A DNA stretch of 44,039 nucleotides from a phage (GCA_030821775.1 GCA_030821775.1_4700.1); one strand, 5' to 3'. Numbered from the stretch's first letter, positions 1 through 9,486 are shown. Notes: generated from the letters alone by a model not told the origin. Numbers and translations: made by a program.

Positions 1-48
1 AAAAAAAAAAAAAATAGCCCTACCTCACGGGTAGCGAGATAGGGCATA
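1..48 (-). terminator. Rho-independent terminator after the major capsid gene
   Basis: On the minus strand a GC-rich imperfect hairpin (plus ~17-48, arms GCCCTA/TAGGGC) is followed by a 14-nt U tract (plus A14 at 1-14), ~50 nt past the capsid stop. Confidence 0.6.
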
Positions 49-96
49 GGTTATTACTCGTTCTTAGCTTCCGGCTTGATAGCAGTCGGCTTAACG

Positions 97-1260
97 TCAG
101 CCGCCAGTACCGGTAGCTACCAGATCTTCAGCAGGCATGAGGGCAGCAGCGGCAGCACCTGCCGGAGCGGCATTCTTGACATACACAGCTTTGCGCTGTG
201 CACGGCTAAGAACTTGAGTGTGCTGTTCTCCATCAGCACTCACGGCACCACCATTAGATGTGTCACGCTTAGTTGTTACAACAGACACTGCTTCCCAGCG
301 ATCAGGGATTGCGCCTTCAGACATGAAAGTATCAATATAGTAGGTCTTCTCTTTCTTCTCATAGAAAATGTCACCTGTTAAATCAATGGAACGACCCACA
401 AGCAGAGCGTCAGATGTGAACAGTACAGCAATAGCGCCATTCATTTCTGCAATCGGGTCATAACGATAACCGTTGTCTTCATTGGAAAGCAGGTGATGTT
501 TCTGACCCGGAGAGAATTTAGGGAAGCGGTTAGACGGGATAACAGGGCAGTTGTAAGAAGACAGAACAAAGCCCTGAATGGTTGCACCAGACAGACTAAT
601 GGTGTAGGACTTATCAACAATGCGGTCTGCATCCCGCAGGCAGTTGAAGTATTTCCACGGCATCAGGATAGCTACATCAGAGATGTCTACTTCCTGCTCA
701 AGCTGCTGCTCCAGAGCAAATTCTACAGCCGCCATTACATACTGCGGGTTAGCCAGTGCTTCTGCTTCGTTGACCTCTACGTTGATAGAGAAGCCATGAC
801 CTTTAACACGTGGCGTATGACGTTTCTTAACAGTGTTGCGGATACCGCCAAGCAGCATCTGCTGAATCAGCATCTCGTCTTCCATCTTCTTAAGCTGCTT
901 GGCTTGGTTAGTAGCCAGCTTCGGCTTCAGGCTGTCAATGTCACCCTGTACATCGTGCAGGTGTGCAACGGTGTTACGAGCGATAACAGTGGCATCAATC
1001 ACCAACTGGTTTTTATCCGCCTGAGTAGAGGTTGCAGCCGGAGACTGACCCGGTGCCAGAACCTGCAACTCAGTTTCACCCAAGTATTTGTTGCTGACAG
1101 TGTTGGTGCCAGTAACGGTCTGAACATCGAAGTAGCTCATGATGTTCTCGCCTTTCAGGTACTGCTCATTCACCTTACCGTTAAACTTCTCAATGAGAAG
1201 ACTATCTACCTCACCAGAAGCGGAAATAGCAACGTTGGTCAGATTGTTCGGCGTAGACAT
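97..1260 (-). CDS. Major capsid protein (T7 gp10-like)
   Basis: 387-aa ORF with ATG and AAGGAG SD, directly after the scaffold gene, preceded by a phage promoter and followed by a terminator, as in T7-like phages. Confidence 0.8.
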   Translation of the reverse strand: MSTPNNLTNVAISASGEVDSLLIEKFNGKVNEQYLKGENIMSYFDVQTVTGTNTVSNKYLGETELQVLAPGQSPAATSTQADKNQLVIDATVIARNTVAHLHDVQGDIDSLKPKLATNQAKQLKKMEDEMLIQQMLLGGIRNTVKKRHTPRVKGHGFSINVEVNEAEALANPQYVMAAVEFALEQQLEQEVDISDVAILMPWKYFNCLRDADRIVDKSYTISLSGATIQGFVLSSYNCPVIPSNRFPKFSPGQKHHLLSNEDNGYRYDPIAEMNGAIAVLFTSDALLVGRSIDLTGDIFYEKKEKTYYIDTFMSEGAIPDRWEAVSVVTTKRDTSNGGAVSADGEQHTQVLSRAQRKAVYVKNAAPAGAAAAALMPAEDLVATGTGG

Positions 1261-1314
1261 ATAATAAAATCTCCTTATAAATCAAGTGGATATTTAGGGA
1301 GGCAATACCTCCTT

Positions 1315-1332
1315 CTATAGTGTCCCCTAAAT
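1315..1332 (-). promoter_or_regulatory. SP6-type phage promoter driving the capsid gene
   Basis: Plus strand CTATAGTGTCCCCTAAAT is the reverse complement of ATTTAGGGGACACTATAG, one mismatch from the SP6 consensus, between scaffold and capsid genes. Confidence 0.75.
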
Positions 1333-1336
1333 AGGG

Positions 1337-2254
1337 TTACAGGCCTTTAGCCATGCCAGCGCGACGGCGAGCATCCAGACGAGCCTGTGCCTCAGCCATA
1401 CCTTTACGGTCACTACCGAAGCGCTCACCCAGCTTGGAAATCTCACGAATGTACTGGTCACGGCTTAACGGGGAGTTATCGCCACCAGACGGCGCTGCCT
1501 GAGACGGCTCGATGAGGTTAGGCTTATCGTCGCCCTGTGCTGCCTTACGGCGACCTTCCAGTTCACGCACTGCGTACTGCTGTAGGTACTGGTTGCCAGA
1601 TTCCATGACAGCATTGAAGGCAGTCAGTTCGTCATCAGACAAGGTTTCAAGCGCCCACTCCTCAAGACGTGCCCATCCATCTTCCCCGCCGACTTCCTTA
1701 GAAATGTCAGTGAAGCGCTGGGCATTAGCTGCTCCCGCCTCTTTAGCTGCATTGGCTTCTTTCAGGAAGAATGCCTCGTTCTGTGCCTTGAGGCCAGAAA
1801 GGTAAGCATCTACTGCAAACTTGCCAAAGGCATCATACAGTTTCTGCTTGGTTTCATCGGACAGTTCAAACTTGCCATCTTTGGCATAGAGTTCCTTGGC
1901 TACCTGATTGGCATCAATGCCTTTCTCTTTAAGGCTATCAGTTACATCCTGCGGGATTTCTATTGTTACTTCATGTTCTCCGAAGAAGTATTGCACTTCC
2001 TCAGTGTCTGTCTTGGTGTCATCTGGCTTAGATTCACCATTCTCTCCGCCATTGTTTCCTTCTTCTGAAGGCTGTCCAGAATCTCCTCCTCTGGTGTCTT
2101 CAGTACGCTGTGCACCAGCATTGTCATCTTGTACATCAGCACCAGTGTCAGTAGAAACATCAGTAGTAGCATCAGTTGTTACCTCCTCAGTTGCTGCTAC
2201 GCTTGGCTCAGCAGTAGGGTGCGTAGTAGTTGGTTCATTGAATGAAAAGCTCAT
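1337..2254 (-). CDS. Capsid assembly (scaffolding) protein
   Basis: 305-aa acidic ORF between portal and capsid, start overlapping the portal stop (TAATG); size and position match T7 gp9. Confidence 0.7.
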   Translation of the reverse strand: MSFSFNEPTTTHPTAEPSVAATEEVTTDATTDVSTDTGADVQDDNAGAQRTEDTRGGDSGQPSEEGNNGGENGESKPDDTKTDTEEVQYFFGEHEVTIEIPQDVTDSLKEKGIDANQVAKELYAKDGKFELSDETKQKLYDAFGKFAVDAYLSGLKAQNEAFFLKEANAAKEAGAANAQRFTDISKEVGGEDGWARLEEWALETLSDDELTAFNAVMESGNQYLQQYAVRELEGRRKAAQGDDKPNLIEPSQAAPSGGDNSPLSRDQYIREISKLGERFGSDRKGMAEAQARLDARRRAGMAKGL

Positions 2255-3804
2255 TAGCCCTCCTGTAATCCTTGTTGAATGACATTAGGTACAGCCTTAG
2301 CCACACCTTCGTTAAGCATAGCCGCCTGCTGGTCCTCCATCGCCTGCTCAGCTTCCTTGCGTAGCTGCTCCTCAGTCTTGAGGAATGGGAGTTCTGCGGA
2401 AATCTGACCGCGTACCCAGTCCATATAGTCAGGCCAACTTATAGCTCTCTGTGCAGATTCAGGCCATGTCTGAGGCAGTGACATGTACTGTGCAAAGGTA
2501 GCCAGCTTGTCTAACTCAGCCATGCGGCCTAGCGCCTCAATACCTGTCACAATCACAGGGTCTACCAGTTCGTTAGTGAAAGAATCACCAGTCTCCAGCA
2601 AGCCCCACATTGCGATAGGTGTCTGCATGGTTACAGCGAATAGGGAGTACACGCCACCCATGTTCTGCTCAATCTCCAGCGCATCACGCTGAATCTCAAC
2701 GGCGGTCACACGTTCTGCATCACGACGAGTTAATGCTTCCATCATGAACACAGTACCAACGCGGCGAGTGTATACCTCAAGCACAGCACTGATTGGTGTC
2801 AGGTCTGCATACTTCCCAAGCTGTACGATGTGGATATCCTCCTCTACACCAGTGATAACCTCACCAGTGCCTGAGTTAACAAAGTGGTCAACATCTGTCT
2901 GAGCGCCGGGACGAATAAGGTACTTGATGTCAGCCATAAGTGCAGCGCCACGCGCCACAGCTTCTGACAGGAACTGGATAACGAACAGGTCGCCAGAGTA
3001 ATCCTCGGCAAGTGGACGGCCCCAATCTTCACCGTAAGAGCGCTTCCATGTCAGTGGAATGAAGGGTAGTTTCTCCTTCTTGATGCGATTCTCTTCTCCT
3101 ACAGGGATATCGTCAGCAGATTGCTTGATCTCCCAGAACCCATCGCCTTTGTACTTAGCGTGAGTGTACAGCTTAACGTTGTCCTCACCTTTGCACTTCT
3201 TGCCTTTCATCGCAACTTCTATAGCCATGCGTGTTGCATGGTCGAAGGTCTTCAAGGCTTTCTCTTGCAGGAGAATAATGTCCAGCAAGTCACCGTTAGT
3301 GTCACGGTTAACGACATAGTGGTGCATCGGGACGGCGCTAATCGCACCTTCCTTCGGCTTGTAAAGCAGGCAGCTACCAGCAACGATAAGGTGCTTAAAT
3401 GCCTCAACGATTGCCGGACGGAACTGGCGCTGCTCCAGTGATTTCATAGCATTAGTTTCAACGCGAGCAAAGATAGTAGCTAGCTGAGTCTTCTTCATAC
3501 CTCGCTTGGCAAGGATTTGTTCACCATTAACCGTAAGGTCTACACGGAAGAAGGAACGTTGTGCAGGGAACAACACCTGCGCCAGCTTGTTGGCTAAGTG
3601 ATTAGTCGCTTGAGCGCCTACACCTTGCCAGCCATTCTGTGAAGTGTTGTTGTCACCTGTATCGTTCATCAGGTATGGAAGTGTCAACTTAGCGTAGTGT
3701 TTAGCCCTGTCAAGGAATGGACTACGCTTAGTAGAAAACTTCTCCCACAGCTTAGGAATCTTCGAACGCTTGCCACCATACGACATGTTGGTGTCATTGC
3801 GCAT
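2254..3804 (-). CDS. Portal (head-tail connector) protein
   Basis: 516-aa ORF with AGGAG SD, immediately upstream of scaffold and capsid; size and synteny match T7 gp8. Confidence 0.8.
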   Translation of the reverse strand: MRNDTNMSYGGKRSKIPKLWEKFSTKRSPFLDRAKHYAKLTLPYLMNDTGDNNTSQNGWQGVGAQATNHLANKLAQVLFPAQRSFFRVDLTVNGEQILAKRGMKKTQLATIFARVETNAMKSLEQRQFRPAIVEAFKHLIVAGSCLLYKPKEGAISAVPMHHYVVNRDTNGDLLDIILLQEKALKTFDHATRMAIEVAMKGKKCKGEDNVKLYTHAKYKGDGFWEIKQSADDIPVGEENRIKKEKLPFIPLTWKRSYGEDWGRPLAEDYSGDLFVIQFLSEAVARGAALMADIKYLIRPGAQTDVDHFVNSGTGEVITGVEEDIHIVQLGKYADLTPISAVLEVYTRRVGTVFMMEALTRRDAERVTAVEIQRDALEIEQNMGGVYSLFAVTMQTPIAMWGLLETGDSFTNELVDPVIVTGIEALGRMAELDKLATFAQYMSLPQTWPESAQRAISWPDYMDWVRGQISAELPFLKTEEQLRKEAEQAMEDQQAAMLNEGVAKAVPNVIQQGLQEG

Positions 3805-3805
3805 A

Positions 3806-4015
3806 TTACACTCCTAAGCTAGATGCTACCGGACGTACTAGGCCTCGCTTGCCTTTAGCTGAAGAGGTGGAAGTATCATCGCCGCCACCGACTTCGATAT
3901 CCTCAGCACCAACCTCTTGTTGACGCGCAAGCTGCTGTGCCGGAACCTTGGTTTCGATGCGAGGTGCATCTTGTGCTAGACCGACTGCCTTAAACGCTTT
4001 CTTAACTACGCCCAT
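3806..4015 (-). CDS. Small Gly/Ala-rich protein, possibly gp7.3-like virion protein
   Basis: 69-aa ORF with AAGGAG SD just upstream of the portal gene; the T7 gp7.3 analogy is positional only. Confidence 0.35.
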   Translation of the reverse strand: MGVVKKAFKAVGLAQDAPRIETKVPAQQLARQQEVGAEDIEVGGGDDTSTSSAKGKRGLVRPVASSLGV

Positions 4016-4024
4016 GTTATCTCC

Positions 4025-4537
4025 TTAGAACTTATGATTGTACACAGTGCCGAACGTTTCAAAACCTAAGCGGTTAAACATACGACCGACACGCTCTTCG
4101 TTGATACCGGAGGCGATAGACAGGCGAGCCTCAACACACGCCATAGACTCAGCCCACGCCTTGTACTCCTTGACTAAGCGCATACCCATTAATGAGCCTC
4201 GCTTCTCAGGAACCATATAGAATAGCATATCACTAGCCACAATAGCAGGGTTCCACGGAGCCATAGGGTGGGTCGCAGCCCACAGGAAGCCGACAACCTC
4301 TCCATCTTCCACTGCCACCCACAGAAACATATCGCTTCTTGTGAGTGACTGACAGAGGAAATGTGCGCTGGTTTCGGCATCCCATACGGCGCAATGATGA
4401 GCCACCTTCTTCACCTCTTCCTCAACATAACGATTCCCTAGGTTTATGATTGAGGGAATATCGAGAAAGGAGGCAGGACGAATCATGGATGCACCACGAA
4501 TTGTTGCCGAATGCAAGACAGGATATATCGCTTGCAT
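4025..4537 (-). CDS. GNAT-family N-acetyltransferase
   Basis: 170-aa ORF with an acetyl-CoA-binding-like motif (EKRGSLMGMRLV) and GNAT-like beta-strand pattern; start codon uncertain (no clear SD). Confidence 0.55.
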   Translation of the reverse strand: MQAIYPVLHSATIRGASMIRPASFLDIPSIINLGNRYVEEEVKKVAHHCAVWDAETSAHFLCQSLTRSDMFLWVAVEDGEVVGFLWAATHPMAPWNPAIVASDMLFYMVPEKRGSLMGMRLVKEYKAWAESMACVEARLSIASGINEERVGRMFNRLGFETFGTVYNHKF

Positions 4538-4627
4538 TCATCCCAAAGTAACTCTTCGTGAGTCTTATCAGGACGAGGACGGGATGGTTGAAGAATTAGG
4601 TTCTCCAGCATCTCCATCCCCTCAAAA

Positions 4628-4825
4628 TTAATCGTCGGTTTCTTCTTCGTCGTCACCGTAAAGCTCCTCGACTTTCTCTTTAATTGCCTCGATAGACAGG
4701 CCAAGCTCTTCGGCCTCTGCAAGAATAGTGTAAGGTGGAGTCATGCCGCATGAGTAACTTTCAAAGATAGCCTCTGCTACCTCAACGGCACGAGTTGCCT
4801 TCATGGAATCAAATACTTGTGTCAT
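4628..4825 (-). CDS. Small acidic hypothetical protein
   Basis: Track ORF 4628..4879 trimmed to the first ATG (MTQVFD...); C-terminus is acidic (GDDEEETDD); upstream of the GNAT gene. Confidence 0.35.
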   Translation of the reverse strand: MTQVFDSMKATRAVEVAEAIFESYSCGMTPPYTILAEAEELGLSIEAIKEKVEELYGDDEEETDD

Positions 4826-5243
4826 GTTTCCTCCATTTACCTGCGAGCACAAGGCCCACATATGAACGAGACATACCAAGTATATCGGAGATACGTTGTT
4901 GTGTGAGGCCTTCTTCTCTTAATTTAAATACTTTAGCTATAGTTTCATTATTAAATTTGCATACTCCAGATTTCTCTCCACTTGCAGTTCTTCCCTTACG
5001 CTGCCTGTCTTCCATGTTCTCTTTATGTGAACCTAATACAAGGTGTAAAGGGTTTATGCAGCGAGGATTGTCACAAGTGTGCATGATGACCTTGCCTTTT
5101 ATATCAGATAGACTGACATTATTATAAGAACAGTAAGCAGCACGGTGAGCAGGGGTTGTTTTACCTTCAAACTTCACAGAGCCATAACCTTTATGGTTTC
5201 CCTTTTGCCGATGATCAATACACATCAGGTACTTCCTTATCAT
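4809..5243 (-). CDS. HNH homing endonuclease with C-terminal HTH
   Basis: 144-aa ORF with HNH-type residues (GYG...H...CDNPRCINPLHL) and a C-terminal HTH (LTQQRISDILGMSRSYV); overlaps the 3' end of the ligase gene. Confidence 0.7.
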   Translation of the reverse strand: MIRKYLMCIDHRQKGNHKGYGSVKFEGKTTPAHRAAYCSYNNVSLSDIKGKVIMHTCDNPRCINPLHLVLGSHKENMEDRQRKGRTASGEKSGVCKFNNETIAKVFKLREEGLTQQRISDILGMSRSYVGLVLAGKWRKHDTSI

Positions 5244-6162
5244 GTCTTAGTTCTGAAACTTTAGGAAGGCGAAGAACCCCTTTACTAGACTCTTGTAATG
5301 CCTTAACAGCAAAGATTCTACCAATGACATTCATCTCACCACCATTTTTAATATCATGATACATCTGTGCTGCATCCTCATGGGACCATCCACGCCCCAG
5401 CATGGCCTTAACAGACTTACCACCTTTCCATTTAAAGATTAAATTAGCTACCTTACCTTTATACTTACCCTTTCCTTCCTCCCACCCAATGCAGGTGAGG
5501 TCGTAAGATACCATACGCACGATCTTCGTTTGACGATAGCCCTTGTGCCCACTTTCATACTCCACATCAAGTTTGAATACAGCACCCTCTCGGCCTGCAT
5601 CTATTTGCTCTTGAGCAAACGCTTCAACTTCTCGCTCATTATGGCAAGGGGTAATAGGAAGGATAGCGTTGTACCCGCTAAGATGAGAGCCGATGCGACG
5701 ATGTAAAGCATCGTAACGTTTGAGATAAGAAACATCAGTGAATCCATCATGGAATGCCTTAATGGTTAGCATATCGAAGAAGTCGATATACAGGTTGTCT
5801 TTAATCTGCTGGCCTATGAAATCAAGTGGCTCGGTGCGGTTAGGGTTCACAACCCCAGAGATTGCCTCAAGGTAGATATCAACGGCCATAGACTGAAGCT
5901 CACCAAGATAAACGCCAACCGGAAAGGTAGCAAAGGTTTGTTCGAGGCCTTCAGTGTTTGCCAGTTTCTTACCAGTGCGACCAAAAATGCCAACGACACC
6001 ATCAGCGCGAACAACAACAGCAGAAAAGATACCATCTCGTTTCACCTGTGCATAACATGGAAAAGTAAGTTTCTTCTCAGGTACTTCACCGCGATGCTTC
6101 ACCAGCATGAATGGGTGGTTGCGGTGATCTTCGGGAAGGCCTAGGAATTGGAAGATGTTCAT
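5215..6162 (-). CDS. ATP-dependent DNA ligase
   Basis: 315-aa ORF with the nucleotidyltransferase KxDG motif (VKRDG) and strong SD GAAGGAGG. Confidence 0.8.
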   Translation of the reverse strand: MNIFQFLGLPEDHRNHPFMLVKHRGEVPEKKLTFPCYAQVKRDGIFSAVVVRADGVVGIFGRTGKKLANTEGLEQTFATFPVGVYLGELQSMAVDIYLEAISGVVNPNRTEPLDFIGQQIKDNLYIDFFDMLTIKAFHDGFTDVSYLKRYDALHRRIGSHLSGYNAILPITPCHNEREVEAFAQEQIDAGREGAVFKLDVEYESGHKGYRQTKIVRMVSYDLTCIGWEEGKGKYKGKVANLIFKWKGGKSVKAMLGRGWSHEDAAQMYHDIKNGGEMNVIGRIFAVKALQESSKGVLRLPKVSELRHDKEVPDVY

Positions 6163-6350
6163 TTCACCTCCTTCATCACACCTTTGACTATTGCCTCTTT
6201 AAAGTGCGCTAAGTTAGAACCATAGGCACTTAAATACCACGTTGCACCTCCATCGTTAGAGGTCAATACAAAACCGCGAGGACTTACTTTATATAAGTTA
6301 CCGAAGTACCCTCTATACAGTTTACCTTCCATATCAAATATCCTCATCAA
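6159..6350 (-). CDS. Hypothetical protein
   Basis: 63-aa ORF whose end is translationally coupled to the ligase start. Confidence 0.35.
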   Translation of the reverse strand: MMRIFDMEGKLYRGYFGNLYKVSPRGFVLTSNDGGATWYLSAYGSNLAHFKEAIVKGVMKEVK

Positions 6351-6804
6351 TACATTCGTGACGATGCTTCTGGAATAACTCTTTGTAGTAGTCTGCTTTC
6401 TTCAGATCTTCTTCAGTGTTGAATTTCTTACCTGCACGCAGACGATACTTCAAAGCGTTACCCATGCAATACCCAGCGAATTGCTTCTCTGTCATGCTAC
6501 GGGCAATGATAGTGATTGCTTCTACACCTTCGAAGAACTCGTAGTGTTTAGGCTTAGTAACCATATTGTTGTCCAACATGTTGGACTCTTCACCTTGCAA
6601 TGGGTTAACAACTTTGAAATAAGGTGCATACCATTCTCGTTTCTCAACACCATCTAACATGATAGAGTTATAATTAAGTTCCGCATGAGTCACTTTGAAC
6701 ACTCCATCTGGTTTCTTGTTTAAACTTGCACAAAGGCTATTCCAGTTGGCGTCTCGGTAAGCTGCACGGCGTACTACGTATTCTCCAATATTGATCTTTG
6801 ACAT
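6334..6804 (-). CDS. Conserved phage hypothetical protein
   Basis: Track ORF 6334..6819; the start is more likely the ATG at 6804, which has a GGAGG SD. No recognisable catalytic motif. Confidence 0.5.
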   Translation of the reverse strand: MSKINIGEYVVRRAAYRDANWNSLCASLNKKPDGVFKVTHAELNYNSIMLDGVEKREWYAPYFKVVNPLQGEESNMLDNNMVTKPKHYEFFEGVEAITIIARSMTEKQFAGYCMGNALKYRLRAGKKFNTEEDLKKADYYKELFQKHRHECIDEDI

Positions 6805-6859
6805 AATTAAATCCTCCATTCACTATACAATCAAGGCAAGCTAATACCTGCCCTTTGTT

Positions 6860-6877
6860 CTATAGTGTCACCTAAAT
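6860..6877 (-). promoter_or_regulatory. SP6-type phage promoter
   Basis: Plus CTATAGTGTCACCTAAAT is an exact reverse complement of the SP6 consensus core; overlaps the stop codon of the phosphoesterase gene. Confidence 0.8.
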
Positions 6878-7882
6878 CTTGCCAATCCAGCGACCTTCAC
6901 TGTTTGTCTGCATCGGGATGATCTGCGGTACACCATCGATGATTACCAGACAACCCAGCGCTGGCTTGTACTTAGATTCCCGACCATAGGAGAATGCACG
7001 TGAGCCTTCGTCAATCAGGCAGCCACCTTGCGCAGCCCAGTATTGCTCGTGGCTGTTACTGGCATACTCGATAGACATCTTGCCATGCAAGTGACCACAC
7101 ACAAGATTCATACGCTCGTGTGCTGCATCGGTCAGAACTGCACCTGCTGGCTGGTGTTTGAATGCAACCTGCTCGCCGTTCGGCAGTTCCAGAATATGCG
7201 TGTGTTGCCACTCCCAACGCTCTCCTCCTCCCTGCGGGAAGAATACCTCACGGTATGTACGCAGGTACTGTACAGGGATGCCATGAGAGTGTGCCTTGCG
7301 GAAGTGCATAGAGCCGTGGTTAGAGTGACACAGGCGCATCACAGGGAACATACGGTGTAGCTTCTCCATGAAGACACGAGCCTTCTCAAGTTCCATGCCA
7401 GCAGAGTCAAGGTTGGGATCTGAATCGTGGAATGACATAGCATGTTTGTCTGCTTCATCACCAAGGTGGACAACTGTGTCCGGCTTGAACCGTGCAGCTA
7501 CAGCAGCCAAGAACTCCAGAGTATCTTGATGCTCATAAGGTGCGTGAGTATCTGGGATCACCAGAATGCTTCGATGAGGCGAGTCAGGCAGAGGTTTAAC
7601 AGCCAGATCTTCATAGCGATCAGGGTTGCGCAGCTTGCGTTGCTCCTTAATACGTTTGTTCTCTGGAAGAAGGGATTGGTAGTTGTCGCCATTCTTCTTC
7701 TTGGTCTTGAATTGACCATGCCAGTATCGAGCGAGTTGGCGAGTGATCTTCTTACCAACCGGATGCGCAGACAGGATGTGCGCCATTTCATTGTAGTTAA
7801 CATTACCTTTCTCGTCGGTAGCTTGCTCGATTGCGTCAAGCACCTCGGAGTCTTTAAACAGGCTACGAAGTTTAGCCACCAT
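6872..7882 (-). CDS. Calcineurin-like metallophosphoesterase
   Basis: 336-aa ORF with metallophosphoesterase signature blocks (VIPDTHAPY, HLGDEAD, GHLHG) and an AAGGAGG SD. Confidence 0.7.
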   Translation of the reverse strand: MVAKLRSLFKDSEVLDAIEQATDEKGNVNYNEMAHILSAHPVGKKITRQLARYWHGQFKTKKKNGDNYQSLLPENKRIKEQRKLRNPDRYEDLAVKPLPDSPHRSILVIPDTHAPYEHQDTLEFLAAVAARFKPDTVVHLGDEADKHAMSFHDSDPNLDSAGMELEKARVFMEKLHRMFPVMRLCHSNHGSMHFRKAHSHGIPVQYLRTYREVFFPQGGGERWEWQHTHILELPNGEQVAFKHQPAGAVLTDAAHERMNLVCGHLHGKMSIEYASNSHEQYWAAQGGCLIDEGSRAFSYGRESKYKPALGCLVIIDGVPQIIPMQTNSEGRWIGKI

Positions 7883-8285
7883 TTGCCTCCTTCTTCTTAC
7901 GTGAGTATGCTAAGCGAGCCTTGCGGTTGCGAGCCTCGCGCTTCTCTGCCTCAGTCTGGTGCTTGTGATACAGCCTGTCAGTCTGAGGTTTCTGGTGTAA
8001 CTTCCAGTAGTTCAGAAGATTCTCAAGCCATTTGATTTGGTAATACTTGCTGTTACCAGCCTTACCATAGCCAGAGATAATACCCTTAATCTTGCCCTCT
8101 GCACCATTGCATCCTCGGCATACCACAGCACGGCAGAAGCCTGTGTCATGGTCATGGTCGAGTACACGGTTTATGGCAGTGACAGCTTTAAGACTGCCAC
8201 CACACAAAGGGCATTTGTAACCTTGTACCTCCATTAGCTCCTGCTTGTATGCAGAAACCTCTGAGGCTTTCAGCTTGATTGCCAT
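7872..8285 (-). CDS. Endonuclease VII-like Holliday junction resolvase
   Basis: 137-aa ORF with an N-terminal CPLCGG zinc motif, DHDHD and CRGCN, the arrangement characteristic of T4 endonuclease VII-family resolvases. Confidence 0.65.
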   Translation of the reverse strand: MAIKLKASEVSAYKQELMEVQGYKCPLCGGSLKAVTAINRVLDHDHDTGFCRAVVCRGCNGAEGKIKGIISGYGKAGNSKYYQIKWLENLLNYWKLHQKPQTDRLYHKHQTEAEKREARNRKARLAYSRKKKEANGG

Positions 8286-9301
8286 AATTCCTTATCGCCT
8301 CCCCACAAGATAGGGTTCTTATCGGCTCGCCATATGTCACCTTTAAACCTTGCCATGTGAGCTAGGCGACCACATTCAAGCATCAGGTCAAAGGCTTTGC
8401 CAACCAGATAACCACCTCGGTAGTTCTTAATCTTAACTTGTCCATGTCCGAACTTAGCCTTGTAAGCACCAAGCACTGCCATGTACAACTCTTTCTCTGT
8501 CTTACAACCCTTGAGAAGATCATAGGCATACTTAGCACCACGTCCAGGTATGCCAGCGTAGTTATCAATATCATCACCGATAATCATCTGTGCATAGTGG
8601 AACATGAGGCCAGCACCTTTTAGGTCTTTGACTTGACCATTAGCCTTACGGCGTAACTCAAGCCAACCCATAGGCTCTACCCACTTCTTCTCTTGACCCG
8701 GCTGAAGGTGCCAACCGGGTACAATCATCAAATCCTTATCCAAGGAAACGATGCAAGTATCAGAGAATGCTTTATGCTCTGGACTACCGATAGGGAATTC
8801 GTTACCTGTATCTTGCTGGAAGCGGCGGTGGCTGTCCCATTGTGCAATACTCATGAGGTCATCTGCTTCTTCTCCATCTGCCAAGATTGCACCATGAACC
8901 TCTAAAAGATGCTCTCGCAATTCATAGAAGAATGGAGGTTTCTCGGTCTTACGTTGACCCTTATAAGGTTTGGTGAAGGCTAGGCGAACACGGAAGTTAG
9001 CTTCTGATTTCGTCATGAATAACTTAGCTGCATCACACTCTGCTGCATACACCCAAGAGTTGAGCAATGAGTTCACACGGTCACACGCTTGCTTACACTC
9101 AGGTGTATCTTTGATTGATGGGACTTGCCCTGACTTAACACGAGTTGTGGCTCGTACATAAGTCATGTCACTGATAGTATACCCGACGATGTAGGATAAC
9201 ATGTCAGCGTCTATTAAAGCAATTCGATTACCTTCAGTTGGCCACAGGATGAAATTATTGTCTTCCGACACTGTAGCTCCGAAGTAGAAGTTTGGTCGCA
9301 T
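8270..9301 (-). CDS. 5'-3' exonuclease (FEN / PIN-domain family)
   Basis: Contains IALIDADMLSY and GEEADDLMS acidic motifs typical of 5' nucleases. Track ORF extends to 9358, but the ATG at 9301 has an AAGGAG SD. Confidence 0.75.
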   Translation of the reverse strand: MRPNFYFGATVSEDNNFILWPTEGNRIALIDADMLSYIVGYTISDMTYVRATTRVKSGQVPSIKDTPECKQACDRVNSLLNSWVYAAECDAAKLFMTKSEANFRVRLAFTKPYKGQRKTEKPPFFYELREHLLEVHGAILADGEEADDLMSIAQWDSHRRFQQDTGNEFPIGSPEHKAFSDTCIVSLDKDLMIVPGWHLQPGQEKKWVEPMGWLELRRKANGQVKDLKGAGLMFHYAQMIIGDDIDNYAGIPGRGAKYAYDLLKGCKTEKELYMAVLGAYKAKFGHGQVKIKNYRGGYLVGKAFDLMLECGRLAHMARFKGDIWRADKNPILWGGDKELWQSS

Positions 9302-9486
9302 GTAGGCCACTCCTTTAAGAAGCAGGACACCGCATCGTGGAGGTTCTGTATTAACCAATAGTCATCCCACTGCCTCCCCTCCACCAGCTTTTCACCCGTT
9401 CGGTAATCATAGGCTATCCCCACGTACTGTCTGGTGATTTCATCGTAGCGAGTGCCCATTCTAATTCGTGATTCAATAGTCGGCAT
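9214..9486 (-). CDS. Hypothetical protein (uncertain)
   Basis: 90-aa ORF overlapping the exonuclease start by tens of nt in another frame; no recognisable motif. Confidence 0.25.
   Translation of the reverse strand: MPTIESRIRMGTRYDEITRQYVGIAYDYRTGEKLVEGRQWDDYWLIQNLHDAVSCFLKEWPTCDQTSTSELQCRKTIISSCGQLKVIELL

Noticed and set aside
1-14. A14 homopolymer at the window start as a possible poly-A tail or sequencing artefact
   Set aside because: On the coding strand it is the U tract that directly follows a GC-rich hairpin after the capsid gene, as expected for an intrinsic terminator. An artefact cannot be fully excluded without reads.
1291-1308. Plus-strand ATTTAGGGAGGCAATACC as a possible promoter in the opposite orientation
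   Set aside because: Only the first 8 nt resemble the promoter. It is the inverted-repeat partner of the real promoter's upstream end and lacks the CACTATAG initiation region.
493-1320. 275-aa plus-strand ORF antisense to the capsid gene, and similar long plus-strand ORFs at 18708..19370, 21385..21906, 30336..31031, 32902..33432, 35932..36408 and 39888..40334
   Set aside because: All lie inside, and antisense to, long well-supported minus-strand genes, lack SD sequences and show low-complexity translations. T7-like genomes are transcribed from one strand only.
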